Notes: generated from the letters alone by a model not told the origin. DNA of 64,000 bases from an uncultured Candidatus Saccharibacteria bacterium (GCA_964399865.1 CAYNRJ010000002.1:22151-86150), one strand, 5' to 3'. Counted from the first letter of the stretch, positions 29,417-40,138 are shown. Translations and numbers: made by a program.

Positions 29417-30793
29417 ATGAGCACAAAGCGGCTCCTTATCATTTTCGTCGCACTCGCGATCTTCCTTCGCCTTGGATCCCTTGGTTTTGCTCTCTCGCAC
29501 GTAGGGGTTGATTACCTCATATACGGGGATGCCAACGAGTACCTGATGTTTGCAAAGAACATGTCGGAGGGACATGGCTTTGCGTCGCTGCAGGATGGGG
29601 AATATGTACCACAGGTATTCCGCGCACCCGGACTTCCTTTCATCCTCACGCCATTTATGGGACTTGAGGATGGTCTCGTCATCTATCTCGTACTTCTTTC
29701 GGTTATTGCTGGTGTCCTCGTGCCGCTTCTCGTATACGGTATTGGTAGAAGAATATTCAACGAGAGGGTGGCACTAATTGCGGCGGCGATCGCGGTCATT
29801 GAGCCAAATTTTGTGTTCTACAGTTTCCTGCCGATATCAGAAATGCCGTTCATGCTATTCATGCTTGGAGGTTTCTATTTGGCACTCAGGTCATTCGAAA
29901 TTAAGAAAGCTCACATCGCGCTCCTTACGACATTAGTTGGCGGACTTCTCCTTGGGTACTCACTTCTCATTCGTCCGCAGTTACTGCAGGTATTCGGCGT
30001 ACTGTGTGTTGCGCTTCTCGGGTATTTCCTCGTACGAAAAGAATGGAAGACGTCTCTCCGCGTAGGTGTACTAATTGTAGGAATCGCGCTCGTCATTTCG
30101 CCATGGATGCTGCGCAATCATTCGCTCACGGGGACGTTCGCACTCTCTGGGCTCGGCTGGCGCAATGTGTACACGAATTATCTCGGTAGCGTTCGTGCAC
30201 TCGAAAACAAATCATCATTCGATGATGAGAAGGTAGCGCTTATACAATCCGCGCGCGAGGCGGGGATTGATGTGGGAAATCCTGCGAATGCCGATATTTT
30301 GCGCGATATGACGATTCCAGAGTTGTGGGAGAAAAAGGGGACGGTTTTGAAGCTTGAGACTTTTCTCCTCGCATCTTTCGTCATGCATGACGGGTACTAC
30401 TACACATTCAGACGCTTTGGTTTTATTCCTGACGACAACAAAGGAGCGGGACATTCAGTATCATTCGCGCTTCTCTCGCAAGGCGTCGACGGTATCCCTG
30501 TTGTATTTGCAGAATTGAAGCGGCAATTCTTTATTCCGATCGCGGGCAGACTATTCACGATAGGTACTGCGATACTCGCACTCGTTGGAGCGTGGCTTAT
30601 GCGAAGGAATCCATGGACGTATTTCCTCCTTTTAGCGATCGGAATCACCGCGCTCGCGTCGACCGCCATTGGCTTTGGTGTCGAAGCGCGAATGCGATTC
30701 CCGGTTGCTCCGTTTATTTTCTTGCTTGCCGGAGTAACGATTGCGCGCCTATACTCATGGTATGAGACTAGATATTTGCATCCCCGCGTATAA
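29417..30793 (+). CDS. GT-C (ArnT/PMT-like) multi-pass glycosyltransferase
   Basis: DANEY, FRAPGLP, SEMPF, LIRP, PWMLRN, RMRFP. Confidence 0.75.
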   Translation: MSTKRLLIIFVALAIFLRLGSLGFALSHVGVDYLIYGDANEYLMFAKNMSEGHGFASLQDGEYVPQVFRAPGLPFILTPFMGLEDGLVIYLVLLSVIAGVLVPLLVYGIGRRIFNERVALIAAAIAVIEPNFVFYSFLPISEMPFMLFMLGGFYLALRSFEIKKAHIALLTTLVGGLLLGYSLLIRPQLLQVFGVLCVALLGYFLVRKEWKTSLRVGVLIVGIALVISPWMLRNHSLTGTFALSGLGWRNVYTNYLGSVRALENKSSFDDEKVALIQSAREAGIDVGNPANADILRDMTIPELWEKKGTVLKLETFLLASFVMHDGYYYTFRRFGFIPDDNKGAGHSVSFALLSQGVDGIPVVFAELKRQFFIPIAGRLFTIGTAILALVGAWLMRRNPWTYFLLLAIGITALASTAIGFGVEARMRFPVAPFIFLLAGVTIARLYSWYETRYLHPRV

Positions 30794-31463
30794 CGAGGAG
30801 GATGTGATCGAAGATGCCGCAAGAAGTGTGGTGGCCTCTCTTCGCGCAATCCGGGGCGCTGACATGCGCATCGTCGTCGTTGATAACGGTTCGACTGATA
30901 AAACCGCTGAACGTGCGGCCTCAGTTTCTGGCGTCTCTGTCATGACAATTGCAGAGCGCGGCAAAGGGGCTGCAATTATCGCCGCTGCAAAGGAATCACG
31001 TGCGGACTACTTCGGATTCATTGATGCGGATCTCTCGGCAAGTCCGGATGATATTGGGAAGCTTCTTAAGGTGATAGAAGAGAGTGAAGCCGACATCGCG
31101 GTTGGCTCGCGACTTCTGAATAAGAAGATCGTACAGCGTGAATGGCTCCGAACTCTGTCGTCACATGTGTTCAATGTTCTCCGCCGATTTCTTCTCGGTA
31201 TCACGGTCAAAGATTCTCAATGCGGCCTGAAGGTAATGAATGGCCGTGGAAGAGAGGCGCTCGCAGAGTGTAAGGAGAGGGGATGGTTTTTTGATATGGA
31301 GTTTCTCATGCGCGCACAAAAGAATGGGTTAACAATACGTGAAGTTCCCATACAGTGGGACGAGCATCACTTTCCGGCGCGTCAAAGTAAACTTCGCTTT
31401 ATTCGCGATGCTTTTGGCGGAGTTCGTGCAATGATACGTATTCGAAGGTCAGTAAATTCATAG
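30762..31463 (+). CDS. GT2 polyprenyl-phosphate glycosyltransferase (dolichol-P-sugar synthase-like)
   Basis: IPAYNEE, VDNGSTD, GKGAA, FIDADLS, DSQCGLK, FDMEFL, EVPIQW. Confidence 0.82.
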   Translation: MRLDICIPAYNEEDVIEDAARSVVASLRAIRGADMRIVVVDNGSTDKTAERAASVSGVSVMTIAERGKGAAIIAAAKESRADYFGFIDADLSASPDDIGKLLKVIEESEADIAVGSRLLNKKIVQREWLRTLSSHVFNVLRRFLLGITVKDSQCGLKVMNGRGREALAECKERGWFFDMEFLMRAQKNGLTIREVPIQWDEHHFPARQSKLRFIRDAFGGVRAMIRIRRSVNS

Positions 31464-31467
31464 ACTC

Positions 31468-32589
31468 ATGAAAATTACCTACGTCGCGTATGCCCGTATG
31501 CCAACCGAGAAAGCGCATGGCGTTCAAATCGCGAGTATGTGCTCGGCGCTCGCGAAAGCGGGAAATGAAGTGACGCTTCTCGTTCCGAAATGGTCCAATC
31601 ATTTGAAAGAATCGGTTTTTGAGTACTACGGGATACCAAAAAATTTTACGATCCAATATGTCGATGCCCCTCAGATCGCTGGCGCCGCAGGGTATGTCTT
31701 GAGGGAAATATTCTTTGCATGGAATGTCAGGGGACATGTGACCAAGGAGAATAGTGACGTCGTACTTACGAGAAGTCCGTGGAGCACATGGACTCTCGGA
31801 AAGAAACACAAAGTGGTGTACGAGGTGCACGATATTCCTGAGAGAGTGCGCTTTCTGTGGGAGTTTTTGATACGAAGCGCGCGGGGTTACATTTCCACGA
31901 ATCGCTTTAAAGCGGATGAATTGCAAAAGGCGCTGAAAATCACACAAGAAAAGATTCTCGTTGCTCCAAATGGATACGATGCGGAGCTCTTTGCGGGGAC
32001 CGCGGACAAAGAGCAGCTTCGACGCGAACTCAATTTGCCAATTGGAAAACTGATCGCTCTCTACACGGGAAACGTCTACGGTTGGAAAGGTGTCGAGATT
32101 CTTGCCGGCGCAGCCAAATCGCTGCCGGAGATCACGTTCGTGTTTGTGGGAGGAACTGATCTAGATGTGGTGCGTTTCCGCGAGGCGCATCAGGATACAG
32201 AAAATATTACGCTCGTCCCGCACCAGCATCACAACACTATCCCGCGCTACCTTAAAGCCGCAGACGTGCTCGTCCTTCCAAACTCCGCTTCATCAATGGA
32301 ATCACGTTTCTACACCTCACCAATAAAGCTATTTGAGTACCTCGCATCAGGTACTCCTGTCGTTGCTTCGGACCTGCCTTCGATACGCGAGATAGTAAGT
32401 GAGAAAGAAGTGCAATTTGTCTCGCCCGATGATATCGCTGCGCTTGCTGCAGCCATAAATAACGTATGTAGTAACAGAGATGCGGCCAAGGCACGTGCAG
32501 AAGTGGCTCGAGAGCTCTCCCTCCGCTACAGTTGGGAGACACGTGCACGTACGATTGTTGAATTTGTGGATAGAGTAGTGAAGCTTTGA
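31468..32589 (+). CDS. Glycosyltransferase family 4
   Basis: PTEKAHGVQI, WKGV, TSPIKLFEYLASG, YSWE. Confidence 0.88.
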   Translation: MKITYVAYARMPTEKAHGVQIASMCSALAKAGNEVTLLVPKWSNHLKESVFEYYGIPKNFTIQYVDAPQIAGAAGYVLREIFFAWNVRGHVTKENSDVVLTRSPWSTWTLGKKHKVVYEVHDIPERVRFLWEFLIRSARGYISTNRFKADELQKALKITQEKILVAPNGYDAELFAGTADKEQLRRELNLPIGKLIALYTGNVYGWKGVEILAGAAKSLPEITFVFVGGTDLDVVRFREAHQDTENITLVPHQHHNTIPRYLKAADVLVLPNSASSMESRFYTSPIKLFEYLASGTPVVASDLPSIREIVSEKEVQFVSPDDIAALAAAINNVCSNRDAAKARAEVARELSLRYSWETRARTIVEFVDRVVKL

Positions 32590-32623
32590 AATAAGGCCAA
32601 AATACGCTAAACTTTGCGGCGCA

Positions 32624-33679
32624 ATGAACGGGGCGTACTTAAAGGGGAAAACAGTGCTCGTGACCGGTGGAACGGGGACTTTTGGCTACGCATTCGTAAA
32701 GAGACTCCTAGAAACACAGGTTAAAAAGGTCATTATTTTCAGCCGCGATGAATTCAAGCAGCTTCATCTCCGCCGGGCTTTTAATGACAATGATCGTCTC
32801 CGCTTTTTCCTAGGGGACGTGCGAGATAAAGAGCGACTCACGCGCGCATTCAGCGACGTCGACATAGTAGTGCACGCAGCAGCCTTGAAACAGGTGCCTG
32901 CGCTTGAATACAATCCGACCGAAGCGATCAAGACGAATGTGCTCGGTACCCAAAATGTGATCGAAGCAGCCCTCGACGCGGGTGTAGAGAGAGTCCTCGT
33001 CATTTCATCCGACAAAGCAGTGCATCCAGTAAATTTGTATGGAGCAACGAAGCTCTGCGCAGAAAAGATAACAGTTCCTGCAAATATCTATCGCCGCAGT
33101 GGAGAGACGAAGCCACGCTTCTCTGTCATGCGATACGGCAACATTCTCGGCAGCCGAGGTTCGTTCCTTGAGCTCATAGAAAAACAGCGCGAAACTGGCG
33201 TGATCCCTCTTACCGACGAGCGCATGACGCGCTTTTGGCTTCGCATCGAGCAAGTAATGGAATACGTACTTGAAGCGCTCGATACCATGCACGGCGGCGA
33301 GATTTTCGTACCGAAAATGGAGAGTTTGAAAGTCGTTGATGTTGCAAAGTACCTTGCGCCTGAATGCGAGATTAAAGTCGTCGGGATCCGTCCTGGTGAG
33401 AAACTCCACGAGATGCTTGTGACGGAGCATGAGGCAAAACGCACGTACGACATAGGCAACATGTACGCGATTCTTCCTGAGCAGATACAGTTTGATAATG
33501 AGCAGACACTCAAGGGAAAATTGGTTCCTCCAAATTTCACGTACGTCAGTGATGAAAATCTTTTCCTCCGAACGATCAAAGATGCTCCTCGAATCGTCTC
33601 GGGCATCTCAGCCACACCTCTCAAAGCCGCTCCGCGCCAGAGCGCAAAGAAAGGCCGAAGGGTAGGTGCAAGGCGATAA
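32624..33679 (+). CDS. pseB: UDP-GlcNAc 4,6-dehydratase (inverting), PseB-like
   Basis: TGGTGTFG, SRDEFKQ, HAAALKQVP, DKAVHPVNLYGATK, RYGN..GSRGS, MTRFW, GIRPGEKLHE. Confidence 0.85.
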   Translation: MNGAYLKGKTVLVTGGTGTFGYAFVKRLLETQVKKVIIFSRDEFKQLHLRRAFNDNDRLRFFLGDVRDKERLTRAFSDVDIVVHAAALKQVPALEYNPTEAIKTNVLGTQNVIEAALDAGVERVLVISSDKAVHPVNLYGATKLCAEKITVPANIYRRSGETKPRFSVMRYGNILGSRGSFLELIEKQRETGVIPLTDERMTRFWLRIEQVMEYVLEALDTMHGGEIFVPKMESLKVVDVAKYLAPECEIKVVGIRPGEKLHEMLVTEHEAKRTYDIGNMYAILPEQIQFDNEQTLKGKLVPPNFTYVSDENLFLRTIKDAPRIVSGISATPLKAAPRQSAKKGRRVGARR

Positions 33680-33683
33680 GCTT

Positions 33684-34808
33684 GTGATCCCGTATTCAAG
33701 ACAAAACATCACTCCCGCTGACATCAAGGCGGTCGTTAAGGTTTTAAAATCGGACTTTATAACACAGGGTCCGAGTATCCTCGCTTTTGAGAAAGCGCTT
33801 GCTCGTACCGCGGGAGTACAACATGCAGTCGCATACTCTTCTGGAACCGCAGCACTGCACGGTGCATATTTCGCGGCGGGAATCGGAGAGGGTGACGAAG
33901 TGATTGTGCCTGCGCTTACGTTCGCTGCAACAGCGAACGCAGTCCTTTACGTTGGCGCCAAACCAGTATTTGCTGACATTGATCCTGAGACAGGCAATAT
34001 TGACCCGAAGGATGTGGAAAAGAAAATCACCGAGCGCACGAAAGCGATTGTTGCTGTCGACTATGCAGGTCGTCCTGCGGATATTGAAGAAATCGCGGAG
34101 ATCGCGCGAAAACACAAACTACTTTTCATTGAAGACGCGGCGCACTCTCTTGGTGCGACGTACAAAGGAAAGTCGGTCGGCGCACAGGCGGACATGACGA
34201 TGTTTAGTTTCCATCCCGTTAAATCCATAACGACAGGCGAGGGCGGCGCGATTGTGACAAATAGCGAGACGTTTTTCAAAAAGCTTGTGGCATTTAGGAC
34301 ACATGGCATTGTGAAAGACAAAACGCTTTTCAAAAAGAATGATGCGCCAGCTTGGCATCAGGAAATGCAGATGCTTGGGTTTAATTACCGACTCACCGAT
34401 ATGCAGGCAGCCCTTGGACTCTCTCAAATGAAGAATCTAAAAAAGAATGTAGCGAAGCGACGCTCGCTTGCGAAGCGCTACCACGCGCTTCTTAAAGATA
34501 CTCTCGGCGTCACACGTCCGCTTCCTGAGAGCGCGTATGAGACTTCCGCATGGCACTTGTATCCGATACGAGTTCCCGCGAACTCGCGCAACGAAATATT
34601 TGACGCACTTCGGAAAGCGCAGATTGGCGTCCAAGTACATTACCCGGTGGTGTATCTCCATCCGTACTATCAGTCCCTCGGGTACACAAAGGGACTATGT
34701 CCAAACGCGGAAGCATTTTCTGATAGCGAATTATCGATACCACTCTTTCCAGGCCTTACACCCTCAGAGCAGAACAAAATTGTCCGCGAACTGCGCAAGG
34801 TCGTGTAA
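33684..34808 (+). CDS. pseC: PLP-dependent sugar aminotransferase, PseC-like (DegT/DnrJ family)
   Basis: IPYSRQ, SGTAALH, EDAAHSLG, FSFHPVKSITTGEGG, GFNYRLTD; GTG 33684 (GTG 33666 alternative). Confidence 0.85.
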   Translation: MIPYSRQNITPADIKAVVKVLKSDFITQGPSILAFEKALARTAGVQHAVAYSSGTAALHGAYFAAGIGEGDEVIVPALTFAATANAVLYVGAKPVFADIDPETGNIDPKDVEKKITERTKAIVAVDYAGRPADIEEIAEIARKHKLLFIEDAAHSLGATYKGKSVGAQADMTMFSFHPVKSITTGEGGAIVTNSETFFKKLVAFRTHGIVKDKTLFKKNDAPAWHQEMQMLGFNYRLTDMQAALGLSQMKNLKKNVAKRRSLAKRYHALLKDTLGVTRPLPESAYETSAWHLYPIRVPANSRNEIFDALRKAQIGVQVHYPVVYLHPYYQSLGYTKGLCPNAEAFSDSELSIPLFPGLTPSEQNKIVRELRKVV

Positions 34809-34826
34809 GGGTGTATCATCCGTCTC

Positions 34827-35585
34827 ATGATTGCCGCCATTATTCAGGCGCGAATGGGTTCGACTCGCCTCCCTGGGAAGATCATGCTTCCCCTCGCAGG
34901 AAGATCGGTTTTGTCTCATGTCGTTGAACGCGTGAAGCGTGTGAAGGGGATTGATACGATTATCGTGGCGACGACGACTCTGCCGGAAGATGATGCGCTA
35001 GAAGCATTTTGCCACGCGGAGGGCTACGCATGTTTTAGAGGTTCCGCAGATGACGTACTCTCTCGCTACTATGAAGCCGCAAGAACAGTTGGAGCGACGG
35101 GCATTATTCGTATTACGAGTGATTGTCCACTTATTGATCCAGATACTATTGAACGCTGTATCAAACAGTACCAGAGCGGCGAGTATGATTACGTGAGCTC
35201 CTTTGTTCCGGATGAGCGGACGTTTCCTCGCGGGTTAGATACCGAGATATTTTCATTTGCTGCGCTCGAACGTGCAAATTCTTCTGCGAAAGAAAAATAT
35301 GAGCGCGAGCACGTGACGCCATACATATGGGAAAATAAGAAAGGGGAATTCAACATAGGTCCGATGTTGAGGGCAATGCCGCCGTATGATCGCGCCGATG
35401 TGCGGCTGACACTCGATTATCCAGAGGACTATGAATTATTGAAGCAGCTGTATGATCGTTTTTATGTTAAAGAAAAACTGGTAAGCGTTCCCGAAGTTCT
35501 CAAGTATCTAAGTGAGCATCCCGAAATTCCTGCTATAAATGCATTTCGAGAGGCTGAATATCCTAAACAAGGAATAAGAGTATGA
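34827..35585 (+). CDS. Cytidylyltransferase (SpsF/PseF-like)
   Basis: IIQARMGSTRLPGK, DDVLSRY, RITSDCPLIDP, REHVT, RLTLDYPED. Confidence 0.82.
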   Translation: MIAAIIQARMGSTRLPGKIMLPLAGRSVLSHVVERVKRVKGIDTIIVATTTLPEDDALEAFCHAEGYACFRGSADDVLSRYYEAARTVGATGIIRITSDCPLIDPDTIERCIKQYQSGEYDYVSSFVPDERTFPRGLDTEIFSFAALERANSSAKEKYEREHVTPYIWENKKGEFNIGPMLRAMPPYDRADVRLTLDYPEDYELLKQLYDRFYVKEKLVSVPEVLKYLSEHPEIPAINAFREAEYPKQGIRV

Positions 35586-36193
35586 GTATCGCTATCGTCG
35601 ATTATGGAATGGGAAATACGGGCTCTGTTAAGAGCGCACTCAAGCTTCTTGGCGCTGAAGGGGTGATCACCGCAAAGCCAGAAGATTTTAAGCGTGCTTC
35701 ACACATTATTCTTCCGGGAGTCGGGGCGTTTCCTGATGGCATGAAGCGTGTAAAGGCATGCGAGGGATTCGAGGCTCTTGAGAAAGAAGTTCTCGAAAAT
35801 AAAAAACCTTTCTTAGGCATCTGTCTTGGCATGCAACTACTTGGCGAGTACGGAGAAGAAGCGGGCGGCGCGAAAGGGCTTGGATGGATACCGGGGAACG
35901 TGCGGCGCTTAAAAGTCGATGAGGCAAAGTTTAGACTTCCACACATAGGGTGGAATGAAGTCTCGTTCACGGGAGAGTGCCCGCTCTTTACGGGAGTAGT
36001 TCAAAAAGATTTTTATTTTGTCCATTCATATGTACTTGAGCCGACGGACGCGAGCACAATAAAAGGTACCTGTACATACGGTGAGACATTCCCTGTGGTC
36101 GTCCAGAAGGAAAATATATTCGGCACGCAATTCCATCCAGAGAAAAGTCAGAAGAGTGGGATTACTGTTCTTAAGAATTTCATCTCCCTCTAA
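35582..36193 (+). CDS. hisH: HisH-like glutamine amidotransferase (WbuY-type glycan paralog)
   Basis: DYGMGN, LPGVGAF, GICLGMQ, PHIGWN, YFVHSY, QFHPEKS. Confidence 0.85.
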   Translation: MSIAIVDYGMGNTGSVKSALKLLGAEGVITAKPEDFKRASHIILPGVGAFPDGMKRVKACEGFEALEKEVLENKKPFLGICLGMQLLGEYGEEAGGAKGLGWIPGNVRRLKVDEAKFRLPHIGWNEVSFTGECPLFTGVVQKDFYFVHSYVLEPTDASTIKGTCTYGETFPVVVQKENIFGTQFHPEKSQKSGITVLKNFISL

Positions 36194-36195
36194 AC

Positions 36196-36945
36196 ATGCT
36201 TAAAATACGCGTTATACCTGCTCTCACTGTGAAGGATGCAAAGCTCGTGAAGAGCGTGCAGTTCCAAAACCACCGCAACATCGGCAACTACGTCGCCGCA
36301 GTACGCGTCTTTAATGCGCGCGATGTCGATGAGCTTATTTTTCTAGATCTCGACGCGCACGAAAAAGGAATCGAAACGTGGCTGCTCGAGGAAGTTACCA
36401 AGGAATGCTTTATGCCCGTCACAATAGGAGGCGGCGTGAAGACGATTGATGAAGTGCAGACACTGCTTTCACTCGGAGCGGATAAAGTGTCGGTAAATAG
36501 TGAAGCCATACGTCGGCCTGCGTTTATCACGGAAATTGCAGAGCGGTACGGAAGTCAGTGCGCTGTTGTATCTATTGATGTGAAAAAGATAGAAAAAGGA
36601 TGGGAGGTTTTTTATGATGGCGGGACTCACGCAGCAGGACTCGACGTAATAGAGTGGGCGAAAGAGGTAGAGAAACACGGCGCAGGAGAGATACTTCTCC
36701 ACTCGATTGATAGAGACGGCGTAATGGAGGGATATGATCTCGATCTCATTCGAAATGTCGCAGGTGCGGTTCGGATACCCGTTGTCGCGCTCGGTGGGGC
36801 CGGAAAAGTGTCGGATTGTGTTGAGGCGGTACGTGCCGGCGCGTCAGCGATAGCTGCCGCGAGTATTTTTCAATACACGGAGACCACGCCCCAGATAATA
36901 AAACAAGCACTCTCAGAGGCTGGCTTTCCGGCTCGAGTTCGGTAA
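36196..36945 (+). CDS. hisF: HisF-like TIM-barrel protein (WbuZ/AglZ-type glycan paralog)
   Basis: RVIP, DELIFLD, PVTIGGG, GADKVSVN, GAGEILL.SIDRDG..GYD. Confidence 0.82.
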   Translation: MLKIRVIPALTVKDAKLVKSVQFQNHRNIGNYVAAVRVFNARDVDELIFLDLDAHEKGIETWLLEEVTKECFMPVTIGGGVKTIDEVQTLLSLGADKVSVNSEAIRRPAFITEIAERYGSQCAVVSIDVKKIEKGWEVFYDGGTHAAGLDVIEWAKEVEKHGAGEILLHSIDRDGVMEGYDLDLIRNVAGAVRIPVVALGGAGKVSDCVEAVRAGASAIAAASIFQYTETTPQIIKQALSEAGFPARVR

Positions 36946-36955
36946 GATTGGCGGA

Positions 36956-37609
36956 ATGAGTTCGGCAAAAAAGGACACAAAGCAGATATCGGAGTGGGCG
37001 GGAGACATGGGCAAGCTCTACACCGATCGTAATCCGCAGTCGGTAGAAGAATTCGACCGTGTGTACCTAAAGGACTACAACGCGACGCGCACCTCGATGA
37101 ATGAGGAGTTCCTCAGTGATCTTCCAAAGAACCTCAAGATGCTCGAGGTTGGCTCAAACGTTGGACTGCAACTCGAATTTCTTCGCCGCATGGGTTTTAC
37201 GGGAGCGGAGGGAATTGAAATTAATGAATATGCGGTCGCACAGGCAAAGAAGATAAATCCCGAGGTCCGTGTTACTCACGGCTCAGGCTTCGACATTCCT
37301 TTCAAAGATGGGGAGTTCGATCTTGTGTTTACTTCTGGCGTCCTCATCCATATTTCGCCAAACGATATCAAGGACATTATTTCCGAGATGTACCGAGTAT
37401 CAAACCGCTACATCTGGGGCTTTGAATACTACGCACCAAAGTACACAGAGGTAACATATCGCGGGAGCAAAGACCTTCTGTGGAAGACTGACTTCTGCGC
37501 ATTGTTCCAGGAAACATTCCCAGATCTCGTTGTTGTAAAAGAGAAAAAGTATCCGATGACTGATGGCGTGAATGCGAGCCAGATGTATCTACTTGAGAAG
37601 CGCTCATAA
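36956..37609 (+). CDS. Pseudaminic-acid-locus-associated SAM methyltransferase
   Basis: W.G..G..Y.DRN, LEVGSNVG, FDLVFTSGVLIHI, EYYA, YRG..D.LWK.DF. Confidence 0.8.
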   Translation: MSSAKKDTKQISEWAGDMGKLYTDRNPQSVEEFDRVYLKDYNATRTSMNEEFLSDLPKNLKMLEVGSNVGLQLEFLRRMGFTGAEGIEINEYAVAQAKKINPEVRVTHGSGFDIPFKDGEFDLVFTSGVLIHISPNDIKDIISEMYRVSNRYIWGFEYYAPKYTEVTYRGSKDLLWKTDFCALFQETFPDLVVVKEKKYPMTDGVNASQMYLLEKRS

Positions 37610-37612
37610 ACC

Positions 37613-38758
37613 ATGTTCCGCTATTGCACTCGCTGTGTGATGCCAAATACAAAGCCGGACCTCTCGTTCGACGAGTCCGGAGTGTGTGATGCATGTTCAT
37701 CTGCGGCAGTGAAGAAAGAAATAGACTGGAAAGCGCGTGAAGCAGAATTTCGTGAGCTTGTAGCGAAATTCAAGAATAAAAGTTGTTCAAACTATGACTG
37801 TGTGATCCCGGTTTCCGGCGGAAAAGATAGTCACTACCAGGCGTACATGGCGCGTCAGTACGGCCTAAATCCACTTCTGGTCAATTTTGAAGCGACGCTC
37901 CGTAATGATTTAGGCAGGAAGAATTTTGAGAACATTCGTCAGTTTGGCGACATGATCGAATTCAAAAAGAATCCTGAGGTGTACAAAAAGATGTGCCTCG
38001 AAGCGTTTCGCCGCGTCGGGGATCACGAATGGCCAAATCATATTGGCATATTCACATTTCCCATCCGTGCGGCGGTGCATTTCGGTATTCCGCTTGTTAT
38101 TTGGGGCGAGAATTCGCAGCTTGAATACGGGGGTCCAAAAGCGGCGCGCATGAAGAATGTTCTCGATAGAAGATGGCTCGAGGAATTCGGCGGTCTTCTA
38201 GGACTTCGCGTCGACGATATGGTCGGCGTCGAAGGTATCACGAATGAAGACCTTGTTTCGTACCGATATCCGACCGACGATGAATTAAAGAAGGCAGGAA
38301 TATTCGGCGCATTCCTCGGCTATTACTTTAAGTGGGACGCGATACCGCAGACGGAATTGATGAAGCAGCACGGCTTTTCAATAAAGGAAGATGGTCCAGT
38401 TGAGGGAACATACACGAACTACGAAAATCTCGACGATGCGATCGTCGCTATCCATGACTACCTCAAGTTTGTGAAATTTGCCTTCGGTCGCGCAACCGAT
38501 CACGCGTGCATCGATGTTCGAAATGGCCGACTCACTCGCGATGAGGCAGTCGCGCTCGTAACAAAACACGACGGCAAATGGCCGAAAATTGCAGTCAAAG
38601 CATTTATTGAATTCTTCAATATATCGCTCGACGAATTCAATAGGGTAGTCGATTCGTTTACGAACAAAGCACTATTTGAAGTGAACCCTGACGGTTCATT
38701 TAAGCGCGATTCAGATGGCAGTCTCATAAAGAAATATAGAGACTACTCTGTCTCGTAA
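37613..38758 (+). CDS. N-acetyl sugar amidotransferase (WbuX/PseA family)
   Basis: CTRCVMPNTKP..GVCDAC, YDCVIPVSGGKDSHY, WGEN, KFAFGRA. Confidence 0.85.
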   Translation: MFRYCTRCVMPNTKPDLSFDESGVCDACSSAAVKKEIDWKAREAEFRELVAKFKNKSCSNYDCVIPVSGGKDSHYQAYMARQYGLNPLLVNFEATLRNDLGRKNFENIRQFGDMIEFKKNPEVYKKMCLEAFRRVGDHEWPNHIGIFTFPIRAAVHFGIPLVIWGENSQLEYGGPKAARMKNVLDRRWLEEFGGLLGLRVDDMVGVEGITNEDLVSYRYPTDDELKKAGIFGAFLGYYFKWDAIPQTELMKQHGFSIKEDGPVEGTYTNYENLDDAIVAIHDYLKFVKFAFGRATDHACIDVRNGRLTRDEAVALVTKHDGKWPKIAVKAFIEFFNISLDEFNRVVDSFTNKALFEVNPDGSFKRDSDGSLIKKYRDYSVS

Positions 38759-38759
38759 T

Positions 38760-39443
38760 ATGCGCGCTTCATTCATCATTCGTGCCTACAATTCTGCAGA
38801 AGTACTGCCTCGCGCAATTGAAAGTGCTCTTGCTCAAGATTTTCCGAAAAATGACTACGAAATCGTGGTCGTTGATGATGGGTCGATCGACACAACATTC
38901 GCTGTCGCGAGTAAGTTCGCCGAGGATACGCGTGTACGCATTGTGAGACAAGAGAATAAGGGAATTATTGAGGCGGGTATGGCCGGGATCCGTGCAGCAG
39001 AAGGCGAGATATTTATATTTCTTGATGCGGATGATGAATCAATGCCAAGCGCGCTGTCGAATTTTGTCGCGGCACTTTCTAATCCGGAAGTCGACTATGC
39101 GTACGGTCACTATTTTGAGGAATACGAAGGGAATCGAAAGCTAGTCGAACCAACTGATCCTTTTAAAGCTCCAGCAGGTGCCTTCGCGTGGAGGAAGAAA
39201 CTCGTGGTGGAAGAAGGTGGTTTTTTTGGTGTCTCTATGTTCCCCGAATATGAAATGCTGCTAAAAACTTCAGACACGTGGAAAGGAAAACTCATAGCCG
39301 AGCCGGTGTTTATCTACCATAGGAGCAAGGGGAGTCTCACGGGAGACCCTGCCCGAGTTGATAGTGAAATCGATAAGCTCAGAAAACGGTATCCTGACAA
39401 GGCGGAGATGATTGGACAAATACGAAATTATATGCTCTCGTAG
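38760..39443 (+). CDS. Glycosyltransferase family 2
   Basis: RAYN, VVDDGSID, FLDADD. Confidence 0.8.
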   Translation: MRASFIIRAYNSAEVLPRAIESALAQDFPKNDYEIVVVDDGSIDTTFAVASKFAEDTRVRIVRQENKGIIEAGMAGIRAAEGEIFIFLDADDESMPSALSNFVAALSNPEVDYAYGHYFEEYEGNRKLVEPTDPFKAPAGAFAWRKKLVVEEGGFFGVSMFPEYEMLLKTSDTWKGKLIAEPVFIYHRSKGSLTGDPARVDSEIDKLRKRYPDKAEMIGQIRNYMLS

Positions 39444-39450
39444 AGAGTAT

Positions 39451-40128
39451 ATGGGCTCTAAAGTCATCGCTGTAGCTGCCATTAGACCTTGGAATATCAA
39501 GGAATTTAAGGCCTGGAAGGCCCCAAAAGGCTATAAGAAGGTCCTTATCCAGAATCCGAAGGAGCTGACCCTTACAAGGCTCAAAAAGCTCAATCCCCGC
39601 TACGTTTTCTTCCCTCATTGGTCGTGGATCATCCCAAAAGAGGTACATGAAAACTTCGAATGCGTACTATTTCACATGACCGACCTTCCGTTCGGCCGCG
39701 GCGGGAGCCCAATGCAAAATCTGATCGCGCGCGGAATATACAAAACAAAAGTGTCTGCGATTCGCGTTGCGGAGGGACTCGATACGGGTGATGTGTACCT
39801 TAAACATCCGTTCAATATAAAAGAAGGAAGTGCGGAAGAGCTCTTCGGAAAACTTTCCAAGATCATTTTCAAAATGATGAGCGATATCCTCCGGCTTGAA
39901 CCAAAACCAATTCCACAAAAAGGGAAACCGGTTATTTTCAAACGCCGAAATTCAGCAGAAAGTGAGATTCCCGCAGATGTACATGGAAGAAAACTCTACG
40001 ATTTTATTCGCATGCTTGATGCGCCGGAATATCCGGCCGCGTTCATCAAAAATGGCTCTGGGCGGATCATCCTTCGTCGCGCTAGAATGAGAGGGAAGAC
40101 AGTGACCGCAGATGCTGAATTCGAATAA
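39451..40128 (+). CDS. Formyltransferase-like protein (Fmt-related, sugar N-formyltransferase)
   Basis: FFPHWSW, FHMTDLPFGRGGSP, GLDTGD, IRMLDA..YP. Confidence 0.78.
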   Translation: MGSKVIAVAAIRPWNIKEFKAWKAPKGYKKVLIQNPKELTLTRLKKLNPRYVFFPHWSWIIPKEVHENFECVLFHMTDLPFGRGGSPMQNLIARGIYKTKVSAIRVAEGLDTGDVYLKHPFNIKEGSAEELFGKLSKIIFKMMSDILRLEPKPIPQKGKPVIFKRRNSAESEIPADVHGRKLYDFIRMLDAPEYPAAFIKNGSGRIILRRARMRGKTVTADAEFE

Positions 40129-40138
40129 ATTTCTAACT

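Noticed and set aside
33600-33679. Basic C-terminal tails on PseB, the dehydrogenase (~13080-13126) and the epimerase (~25680-25700) as a shared targeting signal
   Set aside because: No shared motif; Lys-rich ends are common in this kind of genome
35582-36945. Histidine biosynthesis operon
   Set aside because: Only hisH/hisF-like genes are present, next to a WbuX/PseA amidotransferase; this is the known glycan amidination trio
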